Positions 48,067-57,508 of a stretch of 64,000 nt of DNA are shown here, piece by piece (the stretch's first letter is position 1; each line of letters starts with the position of its first letter). Both the position numbers and the translations under genes were made by a program. The stretch is from an uncultured bacterium (GTDB taxonomy: Bacteria > Vulcanimicrobiota > CADAWZ01): positions 18,132-82,131 of the forward strand of contig CASEKF010000015.1 of NCBI GenBank assembly GCA_949288455.1, read 5' to 3'. The notes under the pieces are model-generated. The model had not been told where the DNA came from. It searched no databases and was given only the letters and a program-made list of their open reading frames with translations.

Positions 48067-50016
48067 ATGTTATTATCAGAGACTCGGGATACTTTAAAAG
48101 ACAAAGAATTTGGAGCCGGGTTAAATTCGGACGCACAACAATGCAAACTCATATACGGCTTGACTGCAAAAGAATTAAACGATCATCTGAAAAAGACTGA
48201 CTCAACCTTTTTAGATTTGTATAACGAATATAAAAGCGACGGCTGCTACTCGGCGGCAGCGGCGTTGTTCGAAAAGTTCGCAGACTTATTTCCCATAGAC
48301 GAGCGTATAAGCGAAGAAGCTAAGAATATTTTAAATTTAACAGTATTTTCATTTCAAAACGACGAAGACTTAAACGCCAATATTAATAAAATAAACAAAT
48401 TTCTCAGCGACAAAAACGAGAAAAAAACAATAGCGTTTTTTACTCACAGATGGATTACCGGAGGAATAGAAAAAGTTCTATCCACGCTGCTGTCTTTTAT
48501 GGATTCATATAATACGATTTTGATATCGCTTAAGCCGGTAAGCGAAGAAATACGCAGCGTGATAGAAATTCCTGAAAATACGATTCATATCATGTTGAGC
48601 GAATCGAAAATCGATAAAATATCCCATCGCCTCGCGTCTCTGTTGTCTATGCTTCATGCGGATATATTTATAGGGAACGTCCACTACGATAAATATATAC
48701 TTAAAATATACAAAATATTAAGTTATATGAAAATAAAAACTATCGCTTATATGCATTGTTCTTTTTTCATATATCATCGAATTTCGTATCTGAATCCGCT
48801 TATTCCAAAAATAAAAGAATCGCTGTCGTATGCCGACGCGGTAGTATGGCTGACAAACTTCAGTTTAAAATCGTATCAAATATCAAATAGAAACGGAATA
48901 AATATTCCGAATCCTTTAAACTTAACAATTTCCGACGTCTCTAAAACTCCTTCTAAAAATATCATCGCGGTAGGAAGATTCAAAGATCCGTTTAAACGGC
49001 TGGATCTGACGTTGAAAATTTTTAAAAAAGTACTGAACGATCATCAAGACGCCCAATTAACGATAGTAGGGCCTTACGATTTAAACGAGAAATGTCTGTA
49101 TTCGGAACAAACTTTCGAAGATATTATGAACGAACTGCAATTTCCGAAAGATAAGGTCGTTTTCGCAGGCGAACGAAAAGACTTAAAACCGTATTATGAA
49201 AAGGCGGCGGTTCTTCTGTTCACCTCGGAAATAGAAGGCTTTGGAATGGTTCTCGCCGAAGCCGGAGCATTCGGAACGCCTGCGGTTATATGCGATATTC
49301 CCGGTCTCGAAGATATTATAACCGACGGAGAAAACGGCTTTATATCGGATAAATATGATATAGACGGTATGGCGGAAAAAATAAATTATATTTTATCAAA
49401 TACGGACGTATTTATGGCAATGTCCGAAAAGGCTAAAAAACTTGTCAAAAGATTTGAAGCTCAATCCGTCGAGTCAAAATGGAAAGAGCTTATCGACGAA
49501 CTGATAAACGCAAAAACAAAAGAAGATATGGAACTTTTTTACCGCAAAAATGCGGAAAAAAATATTACTTCGCCCCAAGATATGATTCGCATTATAAAAG
49601 AATACGAAACGTCGGCTGCCGAAAATAATAAAGAGATAAAAGTCCTAACTCCCGCCATCGCTCGCTATCCGGTTCTTAATTTTATCTTTAATCAAATAGC
49701 TAACAACGCGGCTCTCCGTTTAACTTTCCTAAAGCCTGCGGAAACAATTTACGATTTACTTAAGGAAGAAAAAGAAATAAAAGCTATAGCCGAATCGAAA
49801 TATTTCGATAAAAAGTGGTATTTAAACAAATATCCCGAAGTAAAAAAGACAAAGACGGATCCTATAAAGCATTACGTAAAATTTGGCTGGAAAGAAGGTA
49901 AAGATCCGTCGCCGGATTTTAGCACTAACGATTATCTGGAGGAGCGTCCCGACGTAAAATATTCGGGAATATGTCCTCTTTATCACTGGCTAAAATTCGG
50001 ACAATACGGGAAGTAA
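48067..50016 (+). CDS. GT4 glycosyltransferase with conserved ~70-aa C-terminal tandem-motif domain
   Basis: RBS aaggag. GT4 motifs AVGRFKDPFKRLD and FTSEIEGFGMVLAEAGAFGTPAV...GENGF. C-terminus SKYFDKKWYLNKYPEVKKTKTDPIKHYVKFGWKEGKDPSPDFSTNDYLEERPDVKYSGICPLYHWLKFGQYGK. Confidence 0.75.
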   Translation: MLLSETRDTLKDKEFGAGLNSDAQQCKLIYGLTAKELNDHLKKTDSTFLDLYNEYKSDGCYSAAAALFEKFADLFPIDERISEEAKNILNLTVFSFQNDEDLNANINKINKFLSDKNEKKTIAFFTHRWITGGIEKVLSTLLSFMDSYNTILISLKPVSEEIRSVIEIPENTIHIMLSESKIDKISHRLASLLSMLHADIFIGNVHYDKYILKIYKILSYMKIKTIAYMHCSFFIYHRISYLNPLIPKIKESLSYADAVVWLTNFSLKSYQISNRNGINIPNPLNLTISDVSKTPSKNIIAVGRFKDPFKRLDLTLKIFKKVLNDHQDAQLTIVGPYDLNEKCLYSEQTFEDIMNELQFPKDKVVFAGERKDLKPYYEKAAVLLFTSEIEGFGMVLAEAGAFGTPAVICDIPGLEDIITDGENGFISDKYDIDGMAEKINYILSNTDVFMAMSEKAKKLVKRFEAQSVESKWKELIDELINAKTKEDMELFYRKNAEKNITSPQDMIRIIKEYETSAAENNKEIKVLTPAIARYPVLNFIFNQIANNAALRLTFLKPAETIYDLLKEEKEIKAIAESKYFDKKWYLNKYPEVKKTKTDPIKHYVKFGWKEGKDPSPDFSTNDYLEERPDVKYSGICPLYHWLKFGQYGK

Positions 50017-50076
50017 ACGCGCGGCAAACAAATTTTAAACCGACATCTCCCAAAAGCAAAAAGGAAGCAGATAAGC

Positions 50077-53000
50077 ATGAAAAATTCAAATCCTCCGGTT
50101 TCCATCGTAATTCCGGTTTACAACGGCTCGAATTACTTAAAATACGCGATAGACTCGGCTCTTAATCAAACGTATAAAAATATAGAGATAATAGTAATCA
50201 ACGACGGATCCGACGACGACGGAAAAACGGAAAAAACGGCTCTTTCATACGGAAATAAAATCAAATATTTCAAAAAAGAAAACGGAGGAGTCGCCACGGC
50301 TTTAAACTTAGCCATAGAAAAAGCTCAAGGAGAATATATATCCTGGTTAAGCCATGACGACGCGTATTACCCCGAAAAAACAGAAAAACAAATCGAGCGT
50401 CTTCAAACGTTCGGAAAAGACGCCGTAGTTATAAGCGATTACGAATATATAGATAAAAACGGAAACTTAATAAAAAAAGTAAAGATGAAAGACGGAATAG
50501 GCGACAATATAAAAGCCGCCTTAGCTTTAGGGAGTTGCCCGGAAGAAAGCGTCAACGGCTGCACGCTTCTTATTCCAAAAATCTTTTTTGAAAAATACGG
50601 ATACTTTGAGCCGGAATTAAAATATACCCAAGATTATTCGCTGTGGTTTAAAATAGCCTCTAGCGAACCTTTTATTCAGATGCCTTTATGCCTTGTAAAA
50701 TCGCGGCAACATGAGGAGCAGGATTCAAAAAAGGGAAACGAACGCCTGACGGAAGAAGTTAATAATCTTCACCGAAGGTTAATAGACGCTCTAACGGCAA
50801 AAGAGGCCGAAGACTTCTTCGTCAAGACCGGAAGCGCAATGACTCAGCCTCTGGATGCCTATCGAAACGCTAAATATTACGCGAGAACCGCGTCAATATT
50901 AAAAAAGCTTACCGAAATCAATTTTAAAAACGGCAGATTGTCCGCGGAGTTTACGGAGTATCTAAATAAAATTATTTTTAAATATCCTTCGGTCGATTTT
51001 GCAAACGCTTTTGAGACGGCTTTAAGAAAACTTGACGAAAACCATGATAAAATAAAAATTTTATTCTATGTTCACATATGGCAAAAAGGCGGAATAGAAA
51101 GAGTTTTATCGATCATACTTCCCCGTCTTGCGAAAAGATATACGATAATACTCGCATATACGGACAAAGCGGAGGCTCCGAACAAAGGTTTTTCTCTGCC
51201 TGAAAATATTATTAAAATTACGATTAACGATGATCACGACTCAAATATCGCGGAAAGACTGGATTATCTGCAAGCGGTTATTAAAGCCGACGTTTTCGTA
51301 AATACGACTCATATAAATAAACAAATTCTTCAATTATACGAATCTTTAAAACCTCAGAAAATAAAAGCGATAGCTTCAATGAACTGCAACTATTTTATAA
51401 ATTACGCTATCAACGGCTTAGAGTCAAATATTGCCGAACAAAATAAATATCTGCCTTACGCCGACGCCGTAACCTGGCTGACAAAATTTTATCTTTACCT
51501 ATACTCCGCTTCGCATGAAAACGGAATTTATATGCCGAACCCTCTGCCGTTTCAAATAAGCGGCCGAACAAAAAAACGCGGCAAAAATATCTTGGCGGTA
51601 GGACGATTTGACGATATCAATAAACGCCTCGACCTGACTTTAGAGGTATTTAAAAAAGTCCTTGACCGTCATAAAGACGCTAAATTGACTATAGTGGGAT
51701 CTTATGATAAGAACGCCGAGTTTCCGCAAAGGAACAACCAAACTCTGAACGTTATTCTAAAAAAGCTGGCGATACCTGAAGAAAATCTATGTTTTGCGGG
51801 GGAAAGAGAAAACGTAGACTCTTTTTATAAAAACGCCGATATATTCATAATGACTTCGGATACGGAAGGCTTGCCCAATGTCTTGCTTGAAGCGGGATGT
51901 TTCGCTCTCCCGTCGGTATTATTTGATATTCCCGGTCTCGAAGACGTTATAATCGAAGGCGAAAACGGTTTTATTATAGATAAATACGACGTAGAAGGTA
52001 TGGCGGACAAAATCAGCTTACTGTTTGAGGACGAAGAACTGTTTCAAAAAATGAGTTCCCAAACAGCAGCTTTAGCTTCCGAATTCGCGCCGGACAAAAT
52101 AATAAAAAAATGGACAGACTTAATAGAATCGCTTGTTCAAGGCGGAAACGCGTCTGACTCCGGCAAATCGGCGAAAATCCAATGCGAAATTACGCCTCCG
52201 ACTCAAAAATATCCTATTCAAACGGCGCGGCAGTTTAAACTGAACACCGAGCTTATACTCGAAAATAAATTAAAAACGCTTATCTCGCATAAAATTTTAA
52301 ACGTCCCCGGAATATCGCAAAACTTAGCCGAATTCAAGATCAGAAAAAAAGATAAGCCTATCGTTATGTTCCATATATTCGGCTGGCAGCGAGGAGGAAT
52401 GGAAAGAGCCCTGCAGACTCTGGCGAATTATCTGGCAAAAAAATACGAAGTAATAATAGCGGCTTGTCCTCCAGTAGCTAAACATGGATTTATACCGGAT
52501 AAAGACGTATGTTTTCTGCCGATACCGAAATACTTAAACATAATTTCAAATCTGGAAAAACTAATAAATTTCATAAAACCGGATGTTTTTATAGGAAACA
52601 ACAATAGCCTGCCGGAATTTTTCCCGATTTACGAAACTTTAAAAAAATTAAACGTAAAAACAATAGCTTACAACCATGAATCTTTTTTCTATATATATTC
52701 GCACGATTATCTGTACAAGTCGGCTCTGAAAAAACTGGATATGTTAAAATATGCGGATCTGGTCTTGTGGCTAACCCGTTTCAGCTTTAACGCATACTCT
52801 TTGTATAACGGCAACGGCTGCTATATTCCGAATCCGAATACTTTTTCGGCGGCGCAAAAAAACGAACACGCAACCAATACTAATTCAATCGTCGCGGTGG
52901 GCAGATTCAACGACTACGTTAAAAGAATAGATCGATTGCTAAAAATATTTAAAGAAATTTTAAAACTAAGGCCGGAAACCGTTTTGAACGTCGTAGGACA

Positions 53001-53991
53001 ATATGATTTGCGACTTAAATATGAAAGCGGCCGCACTATCGAAAGCTTAATCGAATCTTTAGAAATTCCGCCGGATAAATTAAAGTTTATAGGGGAAACA
53101 AACGACGTTGCGAAATATTATATGCAAAGCGACGTTTTTATAATGACTTCTCAAAGCGAAGGCATGCCGGCGGTAGTTACGGAAGCCATGACCTACGGAC
53201 TACCGGTAGTAATCATGGAAATACCGGGTCTGGAAGATCTCGTAGTAAACGGAGAAACCGGATATTCCGTCCCTCAGGACGATATCAAGGGAGCGGCGGA
53301 AAAAGTCCTCATGCTTCTGGACGACAAGGAGTTAAGACAGACGATCTCGGCGCGTCAGCAACAACATATACAACAATTCTCAATAGACAAAATAGGTCGA
53401 AAATGGGAAGAAATTATAAATGCGCTTATTGAAGGCAAACCCATACAACAAATAAACGATTCTAATCTTTATCAAAATGAAAAATTTCTGAAAAACATAG
53501 TAAAAGAATTTGAACAATACGCTGAAAAAATCGCCGCTATGCCGATAAACGAATTAGACAACCTGGAACAAGAGGGATATCTCGGAGTTCCGGAGCTCGT
53601 AAACGAAGCTTTGAGAACTGAGCTGGAGAATATAAAAAAATCTTGGCAAGCCGAACTGACGTATATAAAGAATTCTTGGTCATATAAAATAGGACGATGC
53701 ATAACAAAGCCTTTAAGTTTTATATACGAGTTTATAAAATTCAGGAACGAGGCCAAAACGGTAGAGCGTTCAAGTTTATTTAATAAAGCCTGGTATTTAA
53801 AAGAAAACCCCGACGTGGCGGAATCCGGAATGAATCCTGCTCTGCATTACGCTCAATTCGGCTGGAAAGAAGGAAGAGATCCCGGACCCGATTTCAGCTC
53901 AAACAGATATTTGGAAGAACGCCCGGACGTAAAATTTGCCGGGATGTGTCCCCTCTTTCACTATGAAAAATTCGGCAAACGCAATAAATAA
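50077..53991 (+). CDS. 1304-aa multidomain glycosyltransferase GT2-GT4-GT4 with the same C-terminal domain
   Basis: GT2: PPVSIVIPVYNGSNYLKYAIDSALNQTYKNIEIIVINDGSDD and WLSHDD. Two GT4 modules (MTSDTEGLPNVLLEAGCFALPSV; MTSQSEGMPAVVTEAMTYGLPVV). Coiled segment, NSWSYKIGRCITKPL helix, then the C-terminal domain SSLFNKAWYLKENPDV...HYEKFGKRNK. Confidence 0.8.
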   Translation: MKNSNPPVSIVIPVYNGSNYLKYAIDSALNQTYKNIEIIVINDGSDDDGKTEKTALSYGNKIKYFKKENGGVATALNLAIEKAQGEYISWLSHDDAYYPEKTEKQIERLQTFGKDAVVISDYEYIDKNGNLIKKVKMKDGIGDNIKAALALGSCPEESVNGCTLLIPKIFFEKYGYFEPELKYTQDYSLWFKIASSEPFIQMPLCLVKSRQHEEQDSKKGNERLTEEVNNLHRRLIDALTAKEAEDFFVKTGSAMTQPLDAYRNAKYYARTASILKKLTEINFKNGRLSAEFTEYLNKIIFKYPSVDFANAFETALRKLDENHDKIKILFYVHIWQKGGIERVLSIILPRLAKRYTIILAYTDKAEAPNKGFSLPENIIKITINDDHDSNIAERLDYLQAVIKADVFVNTTHINKQILQLYESLKPQKIKAIASMNCNYFINYAINGLESNIAEQNKYLPYADAVTWLTKFYLYLYSASHENGIYMPNPLPFQISGRTKKRGKNILAVGRFDDINKRLDLTLEVFKKVLDRHKDAKLTIVGSYDKNAEFPQRNNQTLNVILKKLAIPEENLCFAGERENVDSFYKNADIFIMTSDTEGLPNVLLEAGCFALPSVLFDIPGLEDVIIEGENGFIIDKYDVEGMADKISLLFEDEELFQKMSSQTAALASEFAPDKIIKKWTDLIESLVQGGNASDSGKSAKIQCEITPPTQKYPIQTARQFKLNTELILENKLKTLISHKILNVPGISQNLAEFKIRKKDKPIVMFHIFGWQRGGMERALQTLANYLAKKYEVIIAACPPVAKHGFIPDKDVCFLPIPKYLNIISNLEKLINFIKPDVFIGNNNSLPEFFPIYETLKKLNVKTIAYNHESFFYIYSHDYLYKSALKKLDMLKYADLVLWLTRFSFNAYSLYNGNGCYIPNPNTFSAAQKNEHATNTNSIVAVGRFNDYVKRIDRLLKIFKEILKLRPETVLNVVGQYDLRLKYESGRTIESLIESLEIPPDKLKFIGETNDVAKYYMQSDVFIMTSQSEGMPAVVTEAMTYGLPVVIMEIPGLEDLVVNGETGYSVPQDDIKGAAEKVLMLLDDKELRQTISARQQQHIQQFSIDKIGRKWEEIINALIEGKPIQQINDSNLYQNEKFLKNIVKEFEQYAEKIAAMPINELDNLEQEGYLGVPELVNEALRTELENIKKSWQAELTYIKNSWSYKIGRCITKPLSFIYEFIKFRNEAKTVERSSLFNKAWYLKENPDVAESGMNPALHYAQFGWKEGRDPGPDFSSNRYLEERPDVKFAGMCPLFHYEKFGKRNK

Positions 53992-54049
53992 CACGATATA
54001 ATTAAACAAACGCGCAAAAAACTAATCTTTCAAAAAAGGACGCGGAATT

Positions 54050-55084
54050 ATGAACGATATATTTAAGGATAAAACCCTAATGATCACAGGAGGAACGGGC
54101 TCTTTCGGGAACGCCGTTCTAAAACGCTTTTTACAAACCGATATAAAAGAAATACGCATTTTCTCAAGAGACGAAAAAAAACAGGACGATATGAGAAACC
54201 TCTATAAAAACGACAAAATAAAATTTTTTATAGGCGACGTCAGAGATTATCAAAGCGTAAAAAGCGCGATGTTCGGAGTAGATTACGTTTTTCAAGCCGC
54301 GGCTCTTAAACAAGTGCCTTCATGCGAATTTTTTCCAATGGAAGCCGTCCGAACAAATATTATGGGGACGGAAAACGTACTCAACGCCGCTATTGAAAAC
54401 AATATAAAAAAAGTGATATGTTTATCTACCGATAAAGCGGTCTATCCCATAAACGCGATGGGAATGTCAAAAGCTCTAATGGAAAAAGTCGCTATATCAA
54501 AATCGCGAAACGTTTCCGGCACGACTATAGCCGTAACGCGGTACGGAAACGTAATGGCTTCCAGAGGCTCGGTTATACCTTTATTTACGAAACAAATCAA
54601 AAGCAATTCTCCAATAACCGTAACGGATCCGCATATGACAAGATTTATGATGTCGTTGGACGACGCCATAGATCTAGTTCTATTCGCCTATAAGAACGCG
54701 AAAGGAGGAGAAATTTTCGTTCAAAAAGCTCCCGCTTCGACAATAAACGATCTGGCTCTGGCTATGAAGGAAATTTTCAGTTCGCATGTTCCGATAAAAT
54801 GCATAGGAACAAGACATGGCGAAAAATTATATGAAACTCTGCTTACGAGGGAAGAAAAAGTAAAAGCTAAGGATTTAGGAAATTACTTTATGGTTCCGCC
54901 CGATTCCAGGGACTTAAACTACGGGAAATATTTTGTAAACGGGGAAACGGTCATAACTCAGGCGGACGACTACAATTCTCACAACACAAGACGTTTATCG
55001 CTAAGCGAAACGGCGGAGCTTCTGAAAAAACTCGACTATATACGCCAAGAACTATCAGGCGAACCGCACGACGAGGGGTATTAA
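54050..55084 (+). CDS. UDP-GlcNAc 4,6-dehydratase/5-epimerase of the CapE/FnlA/WbjB (or WbvB) type
   Basis: TLMITGGTGSFGNAVLKRFL Rossmann motif. The active-site segment PINAMGMSKALMEK has Met-x3-Lys in place of the SDR Tyr-x3-Lys, as described for CapE-type enzymes. 344 aa. Confidence 0.8.
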   Translation: MNDIFKDKTLMITGGTGSFGNAVLKRFLQTDIKEIRIFSRDEKKQDDMRNLYKNDKIKFFIGDVRDYQSVKSAMFGVDYVFQAAALKQVPSCEFFPMEAVRTNIMGTENVLNAAIENNIKKVICLSTDKAVYPINAMGMSKALMEKVAISKSRNVSGTTIAVTRYGNVMASRGSVIPLFTKQIKSNSPITVTDPHMTRFMMSLDDAIDLVLFAYKNAKGGEIFVQKAPASTINDLALAMKEIFSSHVPIKCIGTRHGEKLYETLLTREEKVKAKDLGNYFMVPPDSRDLNYGKYFVNGETVITQADDYNSHNTRRLSLSETAELLKKLDYIRQELSGEPHDEGY

Positions 55085-55088
55085 TAAA

Positions 55089-56207
55089 ATGAAAGTAACG
55101 ACTATGGTAGGAACCAGACCCGAAATAATCAAACTCAGCTGCGTCATAGAAGCTCTGGATAAATATACGGAACACACTCTGGTTCACACGGGACAAAATT
55201 ACGACTATGAATTAAACGGCATTTTTTTTGAAGAAATGGGGATAAGAAAACCGGACGCATTCCTTGAAGCCGCCGGGACAAACGCCGCGGAAACAATCGG
55301 AAACGTCATAATTAAATCGGACGAATTTTTGCGAAAGGAAAAACCGGACGCGTTTCTCATATACGGAGATACAAATTCTTGTCTATCCGTAATATCGGCA
55401 AAAAGGCTGCATATCCCCGTATTTCATATGGAAGCCGGCAACAGATGTTTCGATCAACGCGTTCCGGAAGAAATCAACAGGAAAATAGTAGATCATTTAA
55501 GCGATATCAACATGACGATAACCGAGCATGCCAGACAATATCTCATACGGGAAGGAATTTCCCCCGAAACCGTGATAAAAGTCGGTTCCGGTATGAAAGA
55601 AGTCTTGATAAAACAAAAAGCCAACATAGAAAAAAGCGACGTTTTAAAGAAATTGTCTCTAACTCCCGGAGATTACTTTGTCGCCAGCGCTCACAGGGAG
55701 GAAAATACCGACTATCAAGACAACTTCCAAAATCTTTTGGAATCCCTTGAGGCTCTCGCCGCTACGTATAATAAAAGAATAATTTTTTCCACTCATCCCA
55801 GAACGAGAAAACTTCTGGACAAACTTAATATAAAACTAAACCCTCTTATAGAATTTCTTAAACCGTTAAGCTTCGCGGATTATATCAAGCTGCAGCGGAA
55901 TTCCCGATGCGTCGTATCGGACAGCGGCACGATCACCGAAGAAGCGTCCGTTTTAAAATTTCCGGCCGTAATGATAAGAAACGCTCATGAGAGGCCTGAA
56001 GGAATGGACGAAGGAACGCTGATAATGTGCGGTTTAAAAAAGGAAAGCGTACTAAAGGCGGTAGAGACGGCAGCCTCTCTTCATGCAGTCGCCGCGCCGG
56101 CAACGGTTAAAGATTACGATACCGACTGCGTCTCTTCCAAAGTAGTTAAAATAATAATGAGTTATACGGAATATATCGAAAGAACAGTATGGAAAAAAAT
56201 GAGGTAA
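55089..56207 (+). CDS. non-hydrolysing UDP-N-acetylhexosamine 2-epimerase (WecB/CapG/FnlC family)
   Basis: MVGTRPEIIKLS, YGDTNS and the SDSGTITEEA region. 372 aa. Confidence 0.85.
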   Translation: MKVTTMVGTRPEIIKLSCVIEALDKYTEHTLVHTGQNYDYELNGIFFEEMGIRKPDAFLEAAGTNAAETIGNVIIKSDEFLRKEKPDAFLIYGDTNSCLSVISAKRLHIPVFHMEAGNRCFDQRVPEEINRKIVDHLSDINMTITEHARQYLIREGISPETVIKVGSGMKEVLIKQKANIEKSDVLKKLSLTPGDYFVASAHREENTDYQDNFQNLLESLEALAATYNKRIIFSTHPRTRKLLDKLNIKLNPLIEFLKPLSFADYIKLQRNSRCVVSDSGTITEEASVLKFPAVMIRNAHERPEGMDEGTLIMCGLKKESVLKAVETAASLHAVAAPATVKDYDTDCVSSKVVKIIMSYTEYIERTVWKKMR

Positions 56208-56211
56208 AAAG

Positions 56212-57063
56212 ATGAAAATAGCGGTTTTAGGAGCCACCGGAATGGCCGGACACGTCATCTCGATTTTTTTTAAAGAAAAAGCTGCGGAAGTTTACGAAAC
56301 GTCAAGAAGCGTTCGAGAAGCTCCCGGATCTAAACGGATAGACGCGACCGATTCCGAATCGCTTATAAATTGGCTTAAAGAAATAAATCCCGACGTTATT
56401 GTTAACGCTATCGGGCTATTACAAAAAGCTTGTTCGGAACGACCGGATCTTGCGATTAAAATAAATTCTTATCTTCCTCAAAAATTAGCTTTTGAATTTA
56501 AAAAAGCAAAAGCCAAAATAATTCACCTGAGCACCGACTGCGTTTTTTCGGGCAAAAACGCGCCTTATAAAGAAGATTCTTTTAAAGACGGAGACACTTT
56601 GTACGACAGAACCAAAGCTCTGGGAGAAATAATCAACGATAAAGATTTGACTTTAAGAATGTCAATTATAGGTCCGGATATAACTCCTGAAGGAACCGGG
56701 CTTTTCAACTGGTTCTGTAAACAAACGGGAACAATTAACGGATACGCTAAATGTTTTTGGAACGGAATCACTACGATAGAGCTGGCTAAAGCTATCGAAG
56801 CGGCTATAAAACAAAACGTAACCGGCCTGTATAATCTAGTTCCTAAATTTAATATATCAAAATATGAATTGCTTCTGCTTTTTAAAACTGTTTTTAACAG
56901 GCAAGACGTGGAAATTATTCCGTCTGAAATAGTTAACGTAAATAAAACTTTAATAAATACAAGAACAGATTTTAATTACTCTATTCCCTCTTACAAAACC
57001 ATGATAAAAGAAATGGCGGAATGGATAAATTACCATAAAGATTTATATTATTTCGCAAAATAA
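56212..57063 (+). CDS. RmlD-like NAD(P)-dependent sugar-nucleotide 4-reductase
   Basis: MKIAVLGATGMAGHV Rossmann motif and HLSTDCVFSGKNAPYKEDS...LYDRTKALGE (Y-x3-K). 283 aa. Confidence 0.7.
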   Translation: MKIAVLGATGMAGHVISIFFKEKAAEVYETSRSVREAPGSKRIDATDSESLINWLKEINPDVIVNAIGLLQKACSERPDLAIKINSYLPQKLAFEFKKAKAKIIHLSTDCVFSGKNAPYKEDSFKDGDTLYDRTKALGEIINDKDLTLRMSIIGPDITPEGTGLFNWFCKQTGTINGYAKCFWNGITTIELAKAIEAAIKQNVTGLYNLVPKFNISKYELLLLFKTVFNRQDVEIIPSEIVNVNKTLINTRTDFNYSIPSYKTMIKEMAEWINYHKDLYYFAK

Positions 57064-57073
57064 AGGATCAAAA

Positions 57074-57508
57074 ATGGAAAAACCTTACTTAATAGAAGGC
57101 GGAATCTTCAAAGACGAAAGAGGCGTAATTGCTCATGTAAACGCCTTTGACTTCAGTTCCGTAAAACGTTTTTACACAATAGAAAATACTTCCCGTAAAA
57201 CTATAAGGGCGTGGCAGGGACACATTGAAGAGCGAAAATTTTTTTACGCGATAAAAGGCAAATTCTATATAGCATACGTTAAAATAGACAATTGGGAAAA
57301 CCCTTCGAAAGATCTGAAAGCAGAATGCAAAATCCTTTCCGATCTCAAAAGCGAAATTCTGTATATACCGGCAGGCTACGCCAACGGCATAAAAGCTTTG
57401 GAAGAAAATTCAAAACTACTGGTTTTTTCAACTCTAAGCATTGAAGAAGCCGTTAAAGAAAAAATAAGATACGATAAGAATTTATGGGTAAATTGGGAAA
57501 CGCTATGA
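57074..57508 (+). CDS. small cupin, WxcM/FdtA-like or CapF-C-terminal-like sugar-nucleotide isomerase/epimerase
   Basis: 144 aa. KRFYTIENTSRKTIRAWQGHIEERKFFYAIKGKFYI resembles the cupin core of FdtA/WxcM-type proteins. Sits inside the sugar-nucleotide operon. Confidence 0.5.
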   Translation: MEKPYLIEGGIFKDERGVIAHVNAFDFSSVKRFYTIENTSRKTIRAWQGHIEERKFFYAIKGKFYIAYVKIDNWENPSKDLKAECKILSDLKSEILYIPAGYANGIKALEENSKLLVFSTLSIEEAVKEKIRYDKNLWVNWETL

